This document shows positions 58,186 through 64,000 of a stretch of 64,000 nt of DNA, piece by piece. Each line of letters opens with the position of its first letter. Positions within the stretch are counted from its first letter, which is position 1. The stretch comes from Heteronotia binoei (taxonomy: Eukaryota). Position numbers and translations under genes: made by a program. The notes beneath the pieces were generated by a model that saw only the letters and a list, made by a program, of their open reading frames with translations, ran no database searches and was not told the origin of the DNA. The stretch is taken from assembly GCF_032191835.1 (NCBI RefSeq), contig NC_083237.1, positions 10,664,001 through 10,728,000 of the forward strand, read 5' to 3'.

Positions 58186-60336
58186 CTAAGTATTTCTCCT
58201 AATTAGCTGTTTCCTGTGATTCAGTTGAGGTCTCAGCAGAATAATGTAACATTTTGGGAAAAAGATAAAGCATAGTAAGCCACTGCTAGAGGCCAAGATG
58301 GAGAAGATCTCCACAGCTACCATGTATTTTCCTTTGGTGCTCAGGTAGGTTGGAACAAAAGACAACCAAACACTGAAAAATATCAGCATACTGAAGGTGA
58401 TGAACTTGGCCTCATTGAAACTGTCTGGCAAATTCCTAGCAAGGAACGCGACGGTCAAACTGAGAATGGACAGAAGTCCCATGTAGCTGAGGATCATGTA
58501 GAACATGGTGATAGACCCTGGATTGCATTGTATCACTATCTCTTCAGTCAAGGACTGTGCATCTAAATCTGGGAAAGGGGGGGAAGTTCCCAGCCACATC
58601 ACGCAAATACCTGTTTGAATAAGAGAGCAGGAAAGGACAATAGAATTGCTCAGTCTTCTCCCCACCCACTTTCTCATGTCGGTCCCTGGTTTGGTGGCCA
58701 TGAAAGCTGCAACCACAGTGATGGTTTTGGCCAACACACAAGAAACAGCCACTGAGAAGATGATGCCAAAAGCAGGTTGCTGGAGACAGCAAGTTAACTT
58801 CCTTGGTCTTCCAAGGAAAAGCAAAGAGCAGAGGAAACAGAACAGAAGGGCGACCAGAAGTGTGTAGCTGAGATCTCGGTTGTTGGCTTTGACGATGGGG
58901 GTATCTTGGTACTTAATAAAAATTCCTAGAACCAACAGGGTGATTATAGATAAGGTCACAGCAATAGAAATCAAAGAGATCCCTAAAAGTTCTTCATAAG
59001 ATAGGAAGTTTGTCATTTTGAGAATACATTGATCTTGATCCTTGCTTGGATGCTGATTTTCCTGACATAGAACACAGTCATCCATATCTGAAAGAATAAG
59101 AAAGAAAGAGGGGTCATCACAGTGTCCATTCGCATGTAACTTAGAACCTGCTTCTCATAATTGTCTTCCAGGGGAGCACTGAGGGAGTACTTTAAGCTTA
59201 CTCCTCAAAGCCGGTTCCTTATAAGGAGAAGGCCATCTGAAGATGCAGATTTATATTCATTCACTGTTTCATGTTGTTGTTATTATTGTTTGTTGCTGTC
59301 AGGGGTGGAATTCTAGCAGGAGCTCCTTTGCATATTAAGCCACGTACCACAGATGTAGCCAATCCTCCAATAGATTTCAAGTTTCTTTTTTGTAAGCTCT
59401 TGGAGGAGTGGCTACATTAGGGGTGGGTGGCCTAATATGCAAAGGAGCTTTTGCTAGAATTCCACCCCCAGTTGTTTTTCTTACAAGCAAATGTCCTGTA
59501 AAATTCCATTTCCCTCCTCCCCTGAAGGTTCCTGGACCTACTATGTGTGACACATCTAGGTGGCCAGTGCTTGAAAGAAGGATATGAGGGGGGCAGTGCT
59601 GGTAGGTGAGGTCTTCAGTGGCAAAAGAGAGCTGAAAGCTGTTCCACATTCTACCAGTGTTAATCTGCCATTGAAGTCACCATCATCCTGGCCCCATTGC
59701 ACATTCTTCCCTCCCTGATTGCCCTGATCTCATCCTGCTTCCTCACGCTCCCCATTTCCTTCTCCATTCTACAGACTGCTCAGTTGACTATACACCCATG
59801 GTTACTGCAAGACATCATTCATTCATTCATTCATTCATTCACTCGCTCATTCATTCATTCATTCATTGAAGCAGCACCAGTAGATAGTTAGGCAATGCAA
59901 GACACCAAGTGGAGGTTCTTTCCATGATCAAATCAAGACTACATTCTGCCACACATTTAGTATAAGATATAATTTGAGACAGATAGGGCAGTCTTGAAGT
60001 GAATTGGTGAACGGGCAGTAAATAAAAACATTTGGACTTGGAAGACCTCTTTCCACATACTGCTGATCAAGAGCAGAAGTTTCCATTCCTATAAGCAGGA
60101 TGGAAGAGATGGTGGCCTTTGGTGTTAGTTATATAGAAGGGTATCCATGCATCTAGCTAACCGGCTGGATCCGAATCAACGTAGAATGCTTGTGCTCTCT
60201 GTTACCTACCCACATGGTTTGAAATCTTGCCTTGTGGACAAGGAGCACAATCATAGCAGCAGAATTTCTTCCCTTCCTTCTTCTTCTTGTGATAGCCAGG
60301 CGGGCAGTAATCATTGCACAAGGAAAGGGGCACCCC
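58186..60336 (-). CDS. Vmn2r: V2R copy E; exons 5-6 only, exons 1-4 expected beyond the window end
   Basis: Exon 5 60336-60210 (127 nt, cysteine-rich domain) and exon 6 59087-58186 (902 nt, 7TM), nearly identical to C/D. Confidence 0.92.
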
Positions 60337-61507
60337 CTGCTCCACTCAAAAGACAGAAAGTTTGGGTAGAAGTAAATAGGTTCTTGCTCATTAATTGATA
60401 TGGAAATAAACAACTAGACAGCTGCATTAGAAGAATAGAAGATTTATTGTACCTTGCAAGTCCTTCCCTCATCTCAGCTGACAATATTTTTGCATGCTAT
60501 TGTCCGGTTGAACAATAGTGAATGGAAGGAAAGAAACTTACTTCATTCCCCCCCTGCTCTAATGGATAGCATAAACTGTATCTGGCTGTGCCATAAAAAA
60601 AAAGATGGGTTTTTTTTTAAATGTATCCAAAGTAGGTGATTTGCAAAGAGGGCATCTGATCTCCCCTCCACCATAACTTCTTCCTTTGAAAGCGTCCTCA
60701 GCCTTTCTCTTTTTCCTGCCTCCTACTTCCCTTTCCAATCTACCTTTATCTTCCTCCATCATGGTCTGTAGTTTTCCCTCCTTCCCTGTTTCCTTTGCAG
60801 CTGTCCAAGTTGTTACAGTGCCAACCACTGGACCCAATCCCGTAGTATGGTGAGGATATCCAGCACTGCATAATCCCTTGTATCACCGTCCCCGCACTAT
60901 TTTCTCTTTTACCTCCTTCTGGCAAACCCTATTCCCTCACCTTCTCCTGCTTCCTTTTCTCTTTCTGACCCACAAACTATTTCTATCTGCTCTCCTGCAG
61001 CTATATGTATTATTTATTTACTTCATATATGCTTCACTCCCCCCACCCCCCACGCCCTGACTGGGAATCCAAAGCATCTAGCATCATTCTTCTCTTTGTC
61101 ATTTAATCCTCACAAGAATCTGGTGCAGTAGATTAGGCTCAATGTGTTTGACTTGCCCAAGATCACGGAATGAATTTCCATGGCAGATTGGGGATTTCTT
61201 TGAACCTGAGTATTCCAGATTTAATCTGATACTCTGCTACACTACGCCGACATTCATGGGGTTGTTGCTATTGGACAGTAGCAAACAGTCAGACCTGTAA
61301 ATTGGGTGTTAGCAAATCATTCAGTGGTGGCTGCTAGGCCTAACCCAGGAAAGTCTTGCCTCAAAGCCCAAAACACCTCTGTAAATGGCCTTCCCCCAAT
61401 CATCTTTTATTGACATCCACTAAGTCTTAAACTAACAATAATGTTGTAGTTGCCTAGCAAAAGCAACAGATAATTTGTTTCTAAAAGACACTATTTTTCT
61501 ATTATTT

Positions 61508-63159
61508 AAGAACATAAGAGGAACCATGTTCAATCAGGCAAATGGCCCATCCGGTCCAACATTCTATGTCACACAGTGGCCAAAAAACCCAAGTGCCGTC
61601 AGGAGGTCCACCTGTGGTACCAGGACACTAGAAGCCCTCCCTCTGTGCCCCCCAAGCACCAAGAATACAGAGCATCACTGCCCCAGACAGAGAGTTCCAA
61701 CAAGAAGCTGTGGCTAATAGCCACTGATGGACCTCTGCTCTATATGCTTATTCAATCCACCCTTGAAGCTGTCTATGCTTGTAGCCACTCCACCTTTTGT
61801 GGCAGCGATTCCATGTGTTAATCACCCTTTGAGTGAAGAAGTACTTCCTTTTATCCATTCTATCCTGACTGCTCAGGAATTTCATTAAATGACCATGGGT
61901 TCTTGTATTGTGAGAAAGGGAGAAAAGTACTTCTTTCTCGACCTTCTCTATCCCATGTATAATCTTGTAAACCTCTATCATGTCAATGCTCAGGCATTGT
62001 TTCTCCAAGCTAAAGAGCCCCAAGCATTTTAACCTTTCTTCATAGGGAAAGTGTTCCAACCCTTAATCATTCTAGTTGCCCTTTTCTGCACCTTTTCCAA
62101 TGCTATAGTATCTTTTTTAAGGTACAGTGACCAGAATTGTACACAGTATTCCAAATGAGGCCGCACCATCAATTTATTCAGAGGCATTATGATATGGCTG
62201 ATTTGTTTTAAATTCCCTTCCTAATCATTCCCAGCACAGCATTTGTCTTTTTTTTTTTTAATCACACACTGTCTCGACATTTTCAGTGAGTTATCTGCCA
62301 GGACCCCAAGATCTCTCCCTTGGTCAGTCTCTGCCAGTTCACACCCCACCAACTTCTATTTATAGTTAGGATTTTTGGCCCCAGTGTGCATTACTTTGCA
62401 CTTGGCCACATTGAACCTCATTTGCCACGTTGACACCCACTCGCCCAGCCTCTACAGATCCCTTTGGAGTGCCGCACAATCCTCTCTGGTTCTCACCACT
62501 CTGAACAATTTAGTGTCATCTGCAAACTTAGCCACTTCACTGCTTACTCCCAACTCCAAATCATTAATGAACAAATTAAAAAGCATCAGACCCAATACTG
62601 AGCCCTGTGGCACTCCACTGTTTACCATCCTCCACTGAAAAAATTGCCCATTTATGCTCACTCACTGTTTCCTATCAATTAGGCAGTTTTTGATCCACAA
62701 GAGGACTTGTCCTTTTACCTTATGACTCTTGAACTTACTAAGGAGCCTTTTATGAGGAACTTTATCAAAAGCTTTCTGAAAGTCAACGTAAACAACATCA
62801 ATTGGATCCTCTTTGTCCACATGTTTGTTCACCTCCTCAAAGAATTCCAACAAGTTAGTGAGACAAGATCTTCCCTTACAGATCCCAGATGCTAAGTCTT
62901 CCTCAATAACTTTTGTTCATCAATGTGCCTGCTAATTCTCTCTTTGATAATGGTTTCCACCAACTTGTCCGGTATTGAAGTCAGACTTACTGGTCTGTAA
63001 TTTCCCGGATCTCCTCTGGAACCTTTTTTAAAGATGGGAGTGACATTTGCTACCTTCCACTCCTCAGGAACGGGGGCAGATTTGAATGAAAGTTTGCATA
63101 TTTTTTGTCAGGAGATACACAATTTCACCTTTGAGTTCTTTCAAAACTCTTGGATGTAT
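61508..63159 (-). mobile_element. Same CR1 insertion in intron 4 of copy E, interrupted by L2
   Basis: [26 protein letters not shown]; homology to C/D stops at GGATGTAT (63159). Confidence 0.9.
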
Positions 63160-64000
63160 AATAATAATGATAATGATACATTTTATTTATATCCCACCCT
63201 CCCCGCCGAAGCAGGCTCAGGGCAGCTCACAACATATTAATCCAATATACAATAAAATAATACAATTCAATAGTTATTACATTATAAAACCAACATTTAA
63301 AACATTTCTATTTAAAATTAACATTTCTGGTGCTATATTGTAAATTTAATTATGATTGTAATGGCAGGAAACATCTACAGCGAGCTGTGCTGATTTAGGC
63401 AAAGTCTACAGACTTTTAAATGACACGTTAACTTTAATGGTTGCCAAATTTCTTCAACAGGCCATGGAAATCCGACAGAGATTGGCTCTGGAATGACCGT
63501 ATCTTATTTTTTTTATTAATTTAATTTTGTTAAACTTGAAATTACATATATTTTACTCATTTTATGTACATTAGCTCCCCTGCGTACTCTATTATCCAGG
63601 ATTTTATATTACTTATATTTTTATTTAAATCTGTTTTATGCCAATAAAGGCTTATTGTTGTTGTTGCTGAGTCTATCAATGGCTCAAGAATCAAGCGAAG
63701 GCCATCTTAAAAAGAATGGTCTTGCAGGCCCTGCAGAATTGTTCAAGACTTTGCAGGGCCTGCACTTCGTCCGGATGTCGATTCCACAGGTGTGGAGCTA
63801 CAATGGAGAAGGCCTGTTCCCGTGTGTTCTTCAAAAAGGCCTCCTTCGGCCCAGGGATGTTCAGTTGGTTCTTTCCCGCTGACCTCAGTACTCTCTGGGG
63901 TTCAAATAGGGAGAGACGGTCCCTCAGGTAGGCAGGCCTTCGACCATATAGGGCTTTAAAGGTAATAACCAGCACTTTGTAACAAACCCTTTATGCAACT
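63160..64000 (-). mobile_element. L2-clade LINE 3' part inserted in the copy-E CR1 (runs off the window)
   Basis: ORF2 C-terminus LVITFKALYG..PAYLRDRL...AFSIVAPHLWN (63975-63691); 3' end GTGAGCTGCCCTGAGCC...GGGATATAAATAAAA with an (ATT)n-like tail at 63160-63180. Confidence 0.8.
63385..63668 (+). mobile_element. Short 3' fragment of another LINE nested in the L2 3' UTR (clade not assigned)
   Basis: Reading frame ..KVYRLLNDTLTLMVAKFLQQAMEIRQRLALE*, then an AT-rich UTR, AATAAA and a (TTG)n tail. Confidence 0.45.

Overview
Vertebrate genomic DNA, most likely a squamate and probably a gecko (judged from Squam2-, Squam3- and Sauria-type SINEs). It holds a tandem array of five minus-strand vomeronasal type-2 receptor (V2R, class C GPCR) genes: A (exons 1-4 in the window), B, C and D (complete, six exons, 873 aa, GT-AG junctions in frame) and E (exons 5-6). 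The array shows a hypervariable Venus-flytrap loop, a gene-conversion tract, and a seam near B exon 1 where 5' flank and gene body change lineage. Between C and D lies a 6.56-kb Ngaro-type tyrosine-recombinase retrotransposon (35236-41791) with split direct repeats A1-ORFs-B1-A2-spacer-B2 and an AAT recombination core. Its gag, RT/RNaseH and YR frames are broken, but a fourth ORF encoding an SGNH hydrolase is intact, has no usable ATG and sits behind a canonical splice acceptor. Other features are a CR1 shared by C/D/E with copy-specific nested insertions (solo LTR, SINE fragment, L2), a 287-bp near-perfect palindromic MITE, truncated U2 snRNA retrocopies, several SINE/MITE families, and three N gaps at the same paralogous position. 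All alignments and counts were made by eye.
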